A stretch of DNA of 64,000 nucleotides from Scyliorhinus canicula (lineage: Eukaryota). The DNA lies in NCBI RefSeq assembly GCF_902713615.1, contig NC_052170.1, positions 9,410,744 through 9,474,743 of the forward strand. The letters are read 5' to 3'. A program made the position numbers and the translations under genes. The notes under the pieces are model-generated. The model was given only the letters and a program-made list of their open reading frames with translations, was not told where the DNA came from and did not search any database. How positions within the stretch are numbered: position 1 is the stretch's first letter; every line of letters starts with the position of its first letter. Of the stretch, positions 24,690 to 37,560 are shown one piece after another.

Positions 24690-25050
24690 TGGACACATCA
24701 CAATGGCCTGTTGGACACAGTGCCATATTCCCCGTCCAGTGAATCTGTCACTGGGTCACGACCTCCTCGGCGTCCCACACCTCCACCACAAGGACACCCT
24801 GCGAGTTGGGAAAGGGAGATGGCGGATATTGACACCGTCAACTGGGGAGACAGTCGGTGACCCCTGGGGGCCGGCTGTTTGGAAGGGGAGATCAGAAATG
24901 AAAAGCTTGGGCGGTCCAGAGGAAGAAAAACACGAAGGGCCAGCGAATCGCGCACCTTCTCTGCCCACTGTCTACTCCTGCAGAAAATGCAGCAGTAACA
25001 GCCTTCCCAAAGCCAAGGCAGCTGACGCTGCGGACCACCACCATTGACTG
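24690..25050 (+). mobile_element. RTE-clade LINE 3' fragment, degraded
   Basis: Across frameshifts reads SESVTGSRPPRRP..HHKDTL..ADIDTVNW..AVWKG..EEK..TVYSCRKC, the RTE ORF C-terminal signature. Confidence 0.6.
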
Positions 25051-26368
25051 AGAGGGAAGGCGGGGATGTATACAGCCTTCATGGGGATGGTGGAAAATTG
25101 TGTGTTCTTTTAATCCATTCGCCAGAGAATCCCAACAGCGCAGAAAGAGGCCATTCTGCCCATCGGGTCTGCACTGACCCTCCCTCCGCAAAAGCATTCT
25201 ACCTAGGCCCACTCCTCCGCCCTATCCCCACACATCTTCCCTAGGACACTTAAGGGGACCTGATCTGCACATCTTTGTATTGTGGAAACCGGAGCACCCG
25301 GAGGAAACCCTCGCAGACACGGGGAGAACGTGCAAACTCCACACAGACAGTCATCCGAGGCCGGAATCAAACCCGGGTCCCTGGCGCTGTGCTGACGACC
25401 ATGCCGTCTATCATAGCCACTTAATTATCTTTAAGCCAGAACCTGAAGGGCACAGCCTTCCTCTGGAGTCAGGTCAGGTTCTAATGCTAGTTTGACACTA
25501 ACATCTCTTAACATCAACACACTGAAGACATTTCATTGTCCAGCACTGTGCGTGCGGCCTGACTGATAACACTGGAAACTGTGAAACAGCACCACCTAGA
25601 GTCTGTGTTCATAACTTACACTCACAACCTTTACTATTTTGCATCTAAAATCCAGGCACGTTTAGTTTGTATGAGGATTCAGGAAGTGCTGGAAATACTC
25701 AGCGCCCACCCTTTTTTTTTGCACCTTTGGAGAATAGTGATGGAAGAATTCCTGAGCTGATTTTCAGCCCCATTGATCCGCTCCTTCCATGGCCAACAAG
25801 TCCTGGCATTTGACCTGAACCTAGAGCTTCTGGTCCAGAGGTGTGACTGCTACCACTGCGCTGTAGGATCAACACGACAGCGCCAGGGACCCGGGTTCGA
25901 TTCCGGCCTTGGGTGACTGGTTGTGTGGAGTTTCCACGTTCTCTCTCCATGTCTGCGTCGGTTTCCTCCGGGTTCCTCCCACAGTCCAAAGATGTGCAGG
26001 TTAGGTGGGCTCGTGGGGAGGACTGGGTGCTCCTTCAGACGGTCAACGCTGAGGTCGATGGGCCGAATGGCCCCCTTCTGCACTGTAGAGATTTCAAGAC
26101 CCCCACTTTATTACTGAGTCTAGCTTTATAATTCCTGGGTTATTAATTGAATTTAAATTCTACATGGTGGGATTTGAGTTTACTACCCAGAGGATTAATC
26201 TGAGTCTCTGGATAGCCAGCTAGTGACATTACCACTATGCCCCCAAACAATGTGTGATGTTTACCACTACTGACAATCCCATGCGATGAATAGGCATAAA
26301 TCTGTCCCCTAGGTGGACTCTTCATTCTCATGGAAGCAGTCAGGTACTATTATTTCTCATTTAGCTCA

Positions 26369-26549
26369 TTTAGCACAGGGCTAAATCGCTGGCTTTGAAA
26401 GCAGACCAAGGCAGGCCAGCAGCACGGTTCAATTCCCGTACCAGCCTCCCCGAACAGGCGCCGGAATGTGGCGACTAGGGGCTTTTCACAGTAACTTCAT
26501 TTGAAGCTTACTTGTGACAATAAGCAAATTTCATTCATTTCATTTCATT
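26369..26549 (+). mobile_element. Short tRNA-headed SINE with (TTTCA)n tail
   Basis: TTTAGCACAGGGCTAAATCGCTGGCTTTGAAAGCAG...GGTTCAATTCCCGTACCAGCC head; siblings at 30308-30502, 32209-32750 (interrupted) and 33920-34115 (minus). Confidence 0.8.
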
Positions 26550-26804
26550 ATTGCGTTGGTAAAGGCAGCAAAACTGCCTGTCTTTGCCATCATTATTCCA
26601 TCAAAACTGACAGCAACTTTGGCTGCATGTAGAGGCTGCCACAGACTGCCATCTCCCCAGCAATCAATGACTTGACGAAAGCTTCTACACAGTTAGGCCC
26701 TCTGTAAAAAAATGTTCAAAAGTTGATTCTCCTTCTCGCTCGCACATACTGCCTGACCGGCTGAGCATTTCTGACACCCTCTGCTTCTAACAGTGAAAGT
26801 TTTT

Positions 26805-27142
26805 AGAATTTAGAATTTAGAACAGTACAGCACAGAACAGGCCCTTCGGCCCTCGATGTTGTGCCGAGCAATGATCACCCTACTCAAACCCACGTAACCC
26901 GTATACCCGTAACCCAACAATCCCCCCCATTAACCTTACACTACGGGCAATTTAGCATGGCCAATCCACCTAACCCGCACATCTTTGGACTGTGGGAGGA
27001 AACCGGGGCACCCGGAGGAAACCCACGCACACACGGGGAGGACGTGCAGACTCCGCACAGACAGTGACCCAGCCGGGAATCGAACCTGGGACCCTGGAGC
27101 TGTGAAGCATTGATGCTAAACACCATGCTACCGTGAGGCCCC
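26805..27142 (-). mobile_element. Young HE1-like V-SINE
   Basis: Near-exact reverse complement of 14227-14560. Confidence 0.9.
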
Positions 27143-27467
27143 TTTGCTTTGTTGAACGAGGCGTAACTGTGTTTTTAAACATTAAACAGTGCTCCAAGTT
27201 TAGAATCACTTACTGGTCCTGAACGTGAATGAAGTCATTAAGGTTTATTAATGTCAAGTACATTGTCACGATTAAGATAAGCAAGTATTAATTGTCTTTG
27301 AGTATATAAGGGACCCATTCCGCGACTGATGGGGGCCACAGGGGTTTGGGTTACATCATCACCCCTGTGAATGACAATTTAATTAGTTAAATTTCCTTTT
27401 GATGTTTTATATTCGTTACAATACCCCACCAGGGGACGTTACCCCTGTCATTTTTTTTTTTTTTTTT

Positions 27468-27804
27468 AGAACAGTACAGCACAGAACAGGCCCTTCGGCC
27501 CTCAATGTTGTGCCGAGCCATGATCACCCTACTCAAACCCACGTATCCACCCTATACCCGTAACCCAACAATCCCCCCCTTAACCCTACTTTTATTAGGA
27601 CACTACGGGCAATTTAGCATGGCCAATCCACCTAACCCGCACATCTTTGGACTGTGGGAGGAAACCGGAGCACCCGGAGGAAACCCACGCACACAGGGGG
27701 AGGACGTGCAGACTCCACACAGACAGTGACCCAGCCGGGAATCGAACCTGGGACCCTGGAGCTGTGAAGCATTTATGCTAACCACCATGCTACCCTGCTG
27801 CCCC
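27468..27804 (-). mobile_element. Young HE1-like V-SINE
   Basis: Near-exact reverse complement of 14227-14560. Confidence 0.9.
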
Positions 27805-29024
27805 TGAATTTTTGTTTCGTTTGTTGATTTTTATTTCATTATTAAAACAGTATCGATAAGGGATGGCCGGTTTGATAATAATGAGTTAACATTGATATTT
27901 GTTGACAAAATCAGGTGTAAATAAGCAATATCTGGGACACTGGGCTGTATGTGAGGAGAGCTGTGTCTCATCAACCGGCTTGGATACTATTAACACTGAC
28001 AGCCCGGCGGCGCAGTGGTTAGCACGGCCGCCTCACGTCGCCGAGGACCCGGGTTCAATCCCGGCCCCAGGTCACTGTCCGTGTGGAGTTTGCACATTCT
28101 CCCCGTGTCTGCGTGGGTCTCACCCCCACAACCCAAAGATGTGCAGGGTAGCTGGATTGGCCACGCTAAAATTGCCCCTTAATTGGGGGAAAAAAAGGAA
28201 TTGGGCACCTTAAATTTATTTTTTTTTAAACACTGAAAAGCTGATTTCATATTTACTGATTGTCAAATTACTGATTGTTAAAAAACCTGAAAAATATAGA
28301 GTTAAAAAATTAAAATATACACATCGGTCTTTCAAAAGTTTATCTTTGTTTTAGCTTTCATCCTGATCCGCTTGTGATTATATGTTCCATTACCTGAAAA
28401 TTTTAAGTTAAAAGCAATGGAAAATTTTAATTTGATATGAAGGGTATTTTGAGCGCTGTTAACTTCCTAGTGTGTGACGTCTTCAATGCGATTGGCTCCT
28501 CAGCTGCTTGTTGACGTCACTGCTGCCACTCACCATGACGCCCCGTTGACTTGGCGCCAGATTCAAACTGCCGTCGGGAGAGGGGAAACAGACATTACTG
28601 GATACTTGTGGGCAGCTTTCTCCAGGGCCTTGACTGGCGCCTGACCACAGAGTCCGGGCCATTACACTGATATATTGGCAGCTGGTGTAAGCTATTGGGC
28701 CCTGAGGTTGCGCTGGGCGCGAAGGAGCTTATCATATAGTTTGAAAGGCTGGGAATAGTCAGGCCCCATTCCAAGTAAAATGCACAGCTGGAGGGGAATG
28801 TTTTCGCAGACAGAGAAAGTTTATTTTGACGCGCTGCCAAATTCTAGGGAGCCGTGCACACTCCTTTTGACTCAGATAAACGCCTTTAAGCCCCAGTTTT
28901 CTCCCCTCCTCTCCTGAAAATGGTGAAAGAAATTGATCTGGTGGGCAGAGGGGAATGTTTCGTGTTGGTGGTGGTTGGGGTGGGGGTGGGGGGGGGGGGG
29001 GGGGGGGAGGCAGGTGGGTGAGAG

Positions 29025-29218
29025 GAGTCTAGGACAAAGGAGTATTACCTAAAGGCCATTCAGGATCAAGGACTGAGGGGTATAACCTAAAGGCCTTCCA
29101 GGGCATAGAACTAAGAGGTATAACCTAAAGGCCTTTCAGGTTCTAGGAAGGACAAGAGAATGTAACCTGAAGGCCATCAGGGGCTAGGGTCAAGGAGTAT
29201 AACCTAAAGGCCATTCAG
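29025..29218 (+). repeat. Degenerate minisatellite, 5 units of about 37-42 bp, inside a CR1 3' remnant
   Basis: Core ACCT(A/G)AAGGCC at 29047, 29085, 29123, 29165 and 29202. Confidence 0.75.
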
Positions 29219-31865
29219 AAGCGAAGTTAGGAAACACTTGTTCACACATGGGGCGGAGTCTCTGCCATTGGAAAGCGAGCTCAATTCATCATTTTAAATG
29301 TGAGATTTTTTTTCCAGCAGTAGTGGGGCCAAGGCAAGTCGCTGGAGTTAAGATTTAGATCAGCCATGATCTCCTTGAATGACAGAACAGGCTGGGAAGG
29401 CTGAATGGCCTCCTCTTGTTTCTATGACTCCTGCTGGGTGTATAGTTTCGTGGGCACCAGGTGCCTGGTCTCAAGTGAGCATTCTTCCTGTGTTGTGGCT
29501 GGACAATAGATATTGGCAATCGAGGTGACCCGGAGGCCTACTCTCACTAGAGGACAAGAACATTCTGCCTATTGTCCTATTACGCACCTCACCCCAACTT
29601 TCCTGGCCCATAGGCATTAAGGCCCATTGTAACACCCCTTCTTTCCAGCATGGCAGAGATTAATGATCTCGATCGAGGGGGGTCTTCCTGGTCTGTCTAG
29701 CTCAGTGCCTTATTGGGTAAACCAATTTTCCTGAAGAATATTGAAACAGGAGGAGGCCATTCAGCCCCTCGGGCCTGATCCTCACCATTGAATGAGCTCA
29801 TGGCTGATCTGTGACTGAACTCCATATACCCACCTTTGTCCCATTTCCTTTTGGGCGGCACGGTAGCACGGTGGTTGGCACTGTTGATTCACAGCGCTAG
29901 GGACCCGGGTTCGATTCCCGGCTTGGGTCACTGTCTGTGCGGAGTCTGCACATTCTCCCTGCGTGGGTTTCCTCCCACAAGTCCTGAAAGACGTGCTTGT
30001 TAGGTGGATTGGACATTCTGAATTCTCCCTCCGTGTAGCCGAACAGGCGCCGGAATGTGGCAACTAGGGGCTTTTCACAGTAACTTCATTGCAGTATTAA
30101 TGTAAGCCTACTTGTGACACTAATAAAGATTATTATTATTAATACCTTTTGTAGAAGTGCTGAGGGCAATGAGGGGGTTCCAATGACTGGCAAATTGATA
30201 AGGACAGTAGTTTATTGAGTCATCCGAGCAGCTCTTAAACACTTCTATTCAGCCCAGGCTCCGGAGAGAACTACCGCATTTCCGTCACCTGACCCTTTAG
30301 GGCCTGAGGGTCTGGTTTAGCACACTGGCCTAAATCGCTGGCTTTGAAAGCAGACCAAGGCAGGCCAGCAGCACGGTTCAATTCCCGTACCAGCCTCCCC
30401 GGACAGGCGGCGGAATGTGGAGACTAGGGGCTTTTCACAGTAACTTCATTGAAGCCTACTCGTGGCCATAAGCGATTTTCATTTCTCATTTTCGTTTCAT
30501 TTAAGTAGCCGCGTCATCACGTGACCACTTTAGTTCCAAAAAATTCTGTCAATCTCAGATTTACAATGAACAATTGGCACCAATATCCATTTGTGGAAGG
30601 GGTTGCAACGTACCACCCTCTCTGTGTAGGAATGTTTTTGAATTTCAATCCTGAAGGGTCTGACTCTAATTTTTAGGTCGTGTCCCCGAGCCCTCGACTC
30701 CTGAACATGGCAAGTGGCCCTTCGGCCCATGTTAGCCATTGACTAGAATCCTTACAGTGCAGAAGAAAGCTAGTTGGCCCATCGGGTCTACACCGACCCA
30801 CTGAAAGGGCACCCAATCAAGGCCCTCTCCCCTGCCCCATCTCCGTAACCCAGCCTAACCTGCATAGCCCTGGACACTAAGGGGCAATTTTAGGATGGCC
30901 AATCCACCTAACCTGCACATCTATCTAACCTCCACCTAACTGAACAGTGACTCGCTAGTCTGCTTCAGAGGGAAATTGAGAGTCAACCGCATTGCCCCTG
31001 GAACCACATGTAGGCCAGACCAGGCAAGGGTGGCAGATTTCTTCTTAAAAGGGAAAAAGTGAACACATTTATTTACCCAATTCATTTTTTACAATTAAGG
31101 GGCAATTAGCGTGGCCAATCCACCTACCCTGTACATCTTTGAGTTGTGGTGGTGAGACTCACGCAAACATTTTTTTTTTAGAAATTTAGAGTCGCCAATT
31201 ATTTTTCTCCAATTAAGGGGCAATTTAGCCTGGCCAATCCTCCTACCCTGCACATCTTTGGGTTGTGGGGGTGAAACCCACGCAGGCACGGGGAGAATGT
31301 GCAAACTCCACACGGACAGTGACCCAGGGCCGGGATTCGAACCCGGGTCCTCAGCGCCGTAGGCAGCGGTGCTAACCACTGTGCCACCGTGTTGCCCATA
31401 GACTCACGCAAACACGGGGAGAATGTGCAAACTCCACACGGACAGTGACCCGGGGCCGGGATCGAACCCGGGACCTCGACGCCGTGAGGCAGCAATGCTA
31501 ACCACTGCGTCACCGTGTTGCCCATAGACTCGCGCAATCACTTCCCCACCGTCACCAGACTCCTAAATTACCCTCTTATTTATTGACTGACCTCATTAAC
31601 ACTACAGCCTTATCACATGGCTTCCACTGATGCTAGTGCTTATGTCATTACATTGTATATCTTGTGTTGCCCTATTATGTATTTTCTTGTGTTTTCTTGA
31701 ATTGTGTTTAATTCCCTTTTCTTCCATATACTGAATGATCTGTTGAGCTGCTTGCAGAAAAATACTTTTCACTGTACCTCGGTACACGTGACAATAGACA
31801 AATCCAATCCAATTTTTAAAAAGCTGCTCAAAGTATTTTCCGGTCTGAACGTTTCAACAGAGGAA

Positions 31866-32074
31866 ATGTCAGGACGCCTGCTGGCGAGGCCCAAAGCCCC
31901 TCAGTCCAGCGACCCGAATTTAGCTCGGAGACTGAACGCGTTGTGGAAGTACCTGGACGCCACGGGGCTTCAGAGAAGCATGGAGGAGCTGTGCGTCGAG
32001 CTGCTGAACAGAGCAGAGCTGCCAAGCAACCCATACATGGGCTTTGTCCGTCGCCTCCAACAGCGGTCAGAACG
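31866..32074 (+). CDS. Uncharacterised protein, first coding exon seen (RIIa/Dpy-30-like docking motif)
   Basis: Acceptor TTTCAACAG|AG at 31860/31861, ATG 31866; MSGRLLARPKAPQSSDPNLARRLNALWKYLDATGLQRSMEELCVELLNRAELPSNPYMGFVRRLQQRSE; donor CG|GTAAGC, phase 2. Confidence 0.85.
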
Positions 32075-34565
32075 GTAAGCAGCAACAACAGCCTGCATTT
32101 GTGTAGCGCTCTTAATGCAGTAAAATGTCCCAAGATGCTTCACGGGAGCAATTATGAACCAAAATTTGATACCGAGCCGTGTAAAGATTGAGATATGAGA
32201 TTAATGTAGGGGCTGGTTTAGCTCACAAGGCTAAATCGCTGGCTTATAAAGCAGACCAAGCAGGCCAGCAGCACGGTTCAATTCCCGTACCAGCCTCCCC
32301 GGACAGGCGCCGGAATGTGGCGACTAGGGGCTTTTCACAGTAACAAGGGCAGCATGGTAGTATGGTGGTTAGCATAAATGCTTCACAGCTCCAGGGTCCC
32401 AGGTTCGATTCCCGGTTGGGTCACTGTCTGTGCGGAGTCTGCACGTCCTCCCCGTGTGTGCGTGGGTTTCCTCCGGGTGCTCCGGTTTCCTCCCACAGTC
32501 CAAAGATGTGCGGGTTATGTGGATTGGCCATGCTAAAATTGCCCGTAGTGTCCTAAAAAGTAAGGTTAAGGGGGGGGGGTTGTTGGGTTATGGGTATAGG
32601 GTGGATATGTGGGTTTGAGTAGGTTGATCATTGCTCGGCACAACATCGAGGGCCGAAGGGCCTGTTCTGTACTGTACTGTTCTATGTTCATTGAAGCCTA
32701 CTCGTGACAATAAGCGATTTTCATTTCATTTCATTTTTTTCATTTTTCATGTCATGGGAGTGTCTCTTTTAAGAAAGTTTTTTGCCTTATCACATGGCTT
32801 CAGTGATGTCATTTGGTGGGTGGAGCTGAGCTGTGGCTGTGAGATTTTCTTACTTTCACCTTCAGAGTTGACTGCTGTGGACTCGGGGAGAAAGAAGTGT
32901 TATGTTCCTTTCTTTCTATTTTCATTTTGAAGAGTTGTTCCAGGAAAAAAACTTGATTATAGCTACCTGCTTTAGTAACTTAAAAAATATAGTTTGCTTT
33001 GCAGAAGGGGTGAAACCTGCTGGTTAGACGGGGGCAGAATCTCTGGAAAAGCCAGTCTTATTCAAGTGAGAATGCGGAGTGCTGGGCCATGCCGTTGAAA
33101 AGGGGTTTTGGTTTATGGGATTTTGTTTTTGAATTGGAACAGTAAAAGGGGGAATTCATTAAGTGTTATACATAGATTACTGTAGCTGGGGGTGTATCTT
33201 TACATTTGTAATTGATAAAAAGTCTTGCTGTGTGTTTATAGAAATGTTAACTAAATTCTTAGAATATAGCTTGTTTTGATTAAAGTGTCCAGGAAGACAA
33301 TTGAATCACTCCTGAAGTGAAGGCTCTTGCGCTCATCCTAGTCAAATTCAACAATAATGTATAGGTCAGTGAACTCCATAATACATTTTTTAAACCCTGG
33401 GCCATAACAATTAGACATCCAAGAATTTGGTAAAAGAGATACTTTTCAATGGAGGACTTAATGGAGGAGAGAGAGAGAGAGAGAGTGGCGATGAGGTTTA
33501 AACTCAGGGACATAAAGAGCTTTGAGTCTAGGCAGCTGAAGACTCAGCCGCCAATGGTGGAGCAATGAAAATTGAGAACGTGCCGAAGGCCTGAACGGAA
33601 GGAGCACAGAGACCTCGGAGGGTTCTAGGGCTGGGGGAGACTACAGAGATAGAGAGGGGTGAGGCCTTGGAGGGTATTAAAGACAATGATGGGGATTTCA
33701 AAATTGAGGCATGGCTGGACTTTTGCTGCAGTGAACAAGGCCTATTAATATTAACCGGATCCACGCCAATTGGTGACATTAAAACTAAGATCTGGCTGTT
33801 TTCTTCGCCGGGGAGAGTTTATTGACTTAGTTCACAGTCAATACTGCTCCTACCCCAGTGTCCCAGCTATCCCCAATTATAGGTATACAAATAACCATCG
33901 CCTGTTAAACAATGCAATTGAAAATGAAAAATGAAAATGAAATGAAAATCGCTTATTGTCACAAGTAGGCTTCAAATGAAGTTACTGTGAAAAGCCCCTA
34001 GTCACCACATTCTGGCGCCTGTTCGGGGAGGCTGTTACGGGAATCGAACCGTGCTGCTGGCTTGCCTTGGTCTGCTTTCAAAGCCAACGATTTAGCCCAG
34101 TGAGCTAAACAACCCCTTAACAGTGTAATTAATAAGACATTGAAAACTGACTAAAAATGGGGTGCCTGGGTAAGTAAGAGCAAGACTACCTACAACTGCA
34201 ATTTGTTGAAATGTCTATTAAAAAAGATACTGTTGTATGTTATTGTTGATTAACAAGGGTTAGGGAAAGGATACTGGGGGACGGGGGGTGGGGTGGGGGG
34301 TGGGGGGGGTGGGGGGGTCAGTCGGATTGTGAGATTGAGGTTACAATCAGATCAGCCATGATCTCGTTGAATGGTGGAGTAGACTCGAGGGGCCGAGTGG
34401 CCTACTCCTGCTCCTGGTTCATATCGTATCTATACAGCATTCTGGAATCTTGTCAAAAGGCCAAATGGTTAACTCATGTCAATGGCTTTTGGGTTGTTGG
34501 TTTGTTCTAATAACTGCTGTACTACCACACACGGGTGTTACTATCTAAATACTTGTGCTCTCCAG

Positions 34566-34654
34566 GTTCCGTTTAATCAACTCCGTGCCAACTGAAAGAA
34601 TCCTTTCCGATCTCAACTTCCCGACATTTTCTACTGCTATCGGGTACATTTCAG
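34566..34654 (+). CDS. Uncharacterised protein, exon 2
   Basis: CTCTCCAG|G; (R)FRLINSVPTERILSDLNFPTFSTAIGYIS; CAG|GTACAG; phase 2 to 1. Confidence 0.8.
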
Positions 34655-36943
34655 GTACAGTAACTGAAAACAGATAGTCCTGACAAGATTGTTCTCACTG
34701 TGACACCATTCATACAACTTGCTGACACTTGGCCGCACTGCCATATACTGAATTGCACACTCAGCCAAGGTGGGGAGGTTTTCTGTTGACTGTGACATTG
34801 CGGGTAATGCCACTGGTCTGGTACTCCAGAGACCCAGGCTACCCCTCTGGGGCACACGGGTTCAATTCCCACCATGGCAGCTGGTGGAACCTAAATTCAG
34901 TGAATAAAATCTGCAATTGTAAAGCGAGTCTCGGTAATGGCGACCACGACAACTATCAGCGATTGTCGTAAAAACCCACCTGGTTCACTAATGTCCTTTA
35001 GGGGAGGAAATCTACTGCCCTCACCCGGTCTGGCCGACATGTGACTGTAGACCCACAGCAACGTGGTTGACCCTCAGCTGAAATAGCCCAGCAAGTCACC
35101 TTTGAAATTTGGCAATCTTGCGTCTGACCTGATTGGTGCAAGACAAAAAGCTTTGACAGGGTGTCCCAATTAGGGCAGTTAGGGATGGGCCACCAATGCT
35201 GGCCCAGCTGGCGACGCCCACATCCCACGGAATAGGTTTTTTAAAAAACGCACTTGAATTCCTCATCTCCTGAGTTCTGTCAAATGGAATACTAGAGGAT
35301 GATGTACAGTGGTCTATCATTTTTAGTTAACTCATTATTGCTCATTTCGCATCAACGGGCCTTAGTTAAAATGACTCCTGGTGATTGTGTTGGAAAATAT
35401 ACATCTGATTCCATCCTCTCTCTGCTAACATTCTAACGTCTAAGATCTTCCCGCACATAGAGAGGGCATTTGGGTAAGGCACCGATGGAATCTGTGAACG
35501 AGTCAGTGCCTTCAGGAGGGGGTGGAGTGGACGATGGGGTGGTGGGAGGGGGATGGCAAATGGGTCTTTTTCTTTTTCAATCGGTTCGCCATTGGAATCG
35601 AACTGAACTACACTCAAGAGCGCACTGTTCAACTGGCGAAGCAGGAAACAATGATGAGTAGAGCCCCTCGATTTCTCATATCGTTTTTTGAGTTTGCAGG
35701 CTAATTGATAAAGATTGCTTGCTGTGATTCGTTAACAAATCTATGTTCGTACAACCAAAGGACTTTGCATCACAGAAGGAGGCCATTCGGCCCATTATAA
35801 CTCTTTGCAGGGACCCGTGTCCCTGCTCTTTCTCCATAACTCTGCAATTTTCTCCCCTTCAAATATTTACTCATTTCCCTTTCGAACATCGCTGTTGAAT
35901 CTGCTTCTTCTGTTCTTTCAGGCAGTGCTGTCCCAGTCACAAAGGCTCACGGCAAAAAAACTTCTCATCTCCCGCTTTCCTCTTTTGCCAAATTACCGTA
36001 AATCTGTTGTCCTCATTATATCACACCTTCATACCAGCTCGGCTGACAGAAAGCAACTTATATTGACCTCCAAAATTATTTCTCACGGTATGGGCGTCAC
36101 TGGCTAGGCCAGCATTTATTGTCCATCCCTAATTGCCCCTTGAGAAGGTGGTGGTGAACCACTTTCTTACACCACTGCAGTCCATATGGTGTAGGTACGC
36201 ACATTGTGCAATTAGGGAGGGAGTTCCAAATGTTTTTTTAAATATAAATTTAGAGTACCCAATTCATTATTTCCAATTAAGGGGCAATTTAGTGTGGCCA
36301 ATTCACCATCCTGCACATTTTTGGGTTGTGGGGGTGAAATCCACGCAATCATGGGGAGAATGTGCAAACTCCACACAGACAGTGACCCAGGGCCGGGATC
36401 GAACCTGGGACCTCGGCGCCGTGAGGCTTCAGGGCTAACCTACTGCACCACCCTGCTGACCCTGGGAGTTCCAAATGTTGACCCAGCAACAGCGAAGCAG
36501 TGGCCAATATATTTCCAAGTCAGCATGGCGTGTGGCCTGGAGGGCAATTTGCAGGTGGTGGGGTTCCCATGCGTCTGCTGCCCTTGTCCTTCTAGAAGAT
36601 GGAAGGTTTTACATCTGACAATTCCTCGGTTGCTATTGTCTCAAACTCCAGCACAGGGCATGTGATCTCAGGGAATGTGGTTGCAACGGACAGGCTGGCG
36701 TCAACCAGCCAGGTTTGAATTTAAGCAAAAGCTTGGCAATTAACTGCTCCCTGCTGCATTCTCCATGGCAACATCTCTACCAATCACTTGCAAAACCAAT
36801 CGGCACTCTCTTCCCTTGCAATATAAATTGTTGCTCCCTTTACTGTTGGTAACCTTGCGATCTGCCTTGACGAGTGCTTACACAGCACGCCTCTTTTTCT
36901 CAGCCACTTCAAGTTTATTTTCTCTTCTCATTTGAATTTGCAG

Positions 36944-37083
36944 GTTCCACCGCCTCTTCCCACGTGTGGGGCCTGCCCAGCGTCCTGCGCTGTGTCTCTC
37001 CAGTTCATGTCAAACAGTACAGCTGGCTTCTGGATAGTGTTACACCTCCCCTTGCTACTCTACATCACACAAGCGCTTGCACA
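36944..37083 (+). CDS. Uncharacterised protein, exon 3
   Basis: TTTGCAG|GT; (G)STASSHVWGLPSVLRCVSPVHVKQYSWLLDSVTPPLATLHHTSACT; ACA|GTGAGT; phase 1 to 0. Confidence 0.85.
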
Positions 37084-37149
37084 GTGAGTCTTATTTTTTC
37101 CCTCTCAGAAGACCCCGCAGTCCTGTTCCATCACGATTCAGAGTCGGCT

Positions 37150-37560
37150 GTGGATCAGCGGCTCGCACTCTTGTCTCTAAGCCCACTCCAGAAACTCGAG
37201 CATAAACATCAACACCAACAAATGCAGTTAAGGAGGGACTACTGCACTCTCTGAGGTGCTTTCTTTCAGATAATACATTAAACCAAGGCCTTCTCCGCTT
37301 AATTAGCGGGTGAATGTAAAAGTACTCGAGGGTTATTTAAAATTCTGAGCAGGGGAGATCTTCCTGGTCAATAGCATCTCACCGTCCAGCATCAATTCCC
37401 TCTAACAGCATCACAAAGACAGATCGTCCGCTCGTTATCATATTGTTGTTCGTGGAATCTTGCTATATACCTGCTGGAATTCCTACATTGCAAGAGTGTG
37501 TGTTCCAAAATACTTAATTGGTGTGAAACTTTGGGATGTCCTGGGGGTTGAGAAATGTAG
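37150..37560 (+). mobile_element. Deu-domain SINE, degraded
   Basis: AGCCCACTCCAGAAACTCGAGCA...GAGGGACTACTGCACT...ATTAAACCAAGGCC...CCTACATTGCAA...AATTGGTGTGAAACTTTGGGATGTCCTG follows Deu-SINE motif order. Confidence 0.7.

Noticed and set aside
24703-25047. 114-aa ORF as an upstream exon of the unknown gene
   Set aside because: Matches an RTE LINE C-terminus across frameshifts
32209-32296. Functional tRNA or vault RNA gene
   Set aside because: Similarity is limited to Pol III boxes and the terminal stem; multicopy, followed by a retroposon tail rather than a T-run terminator
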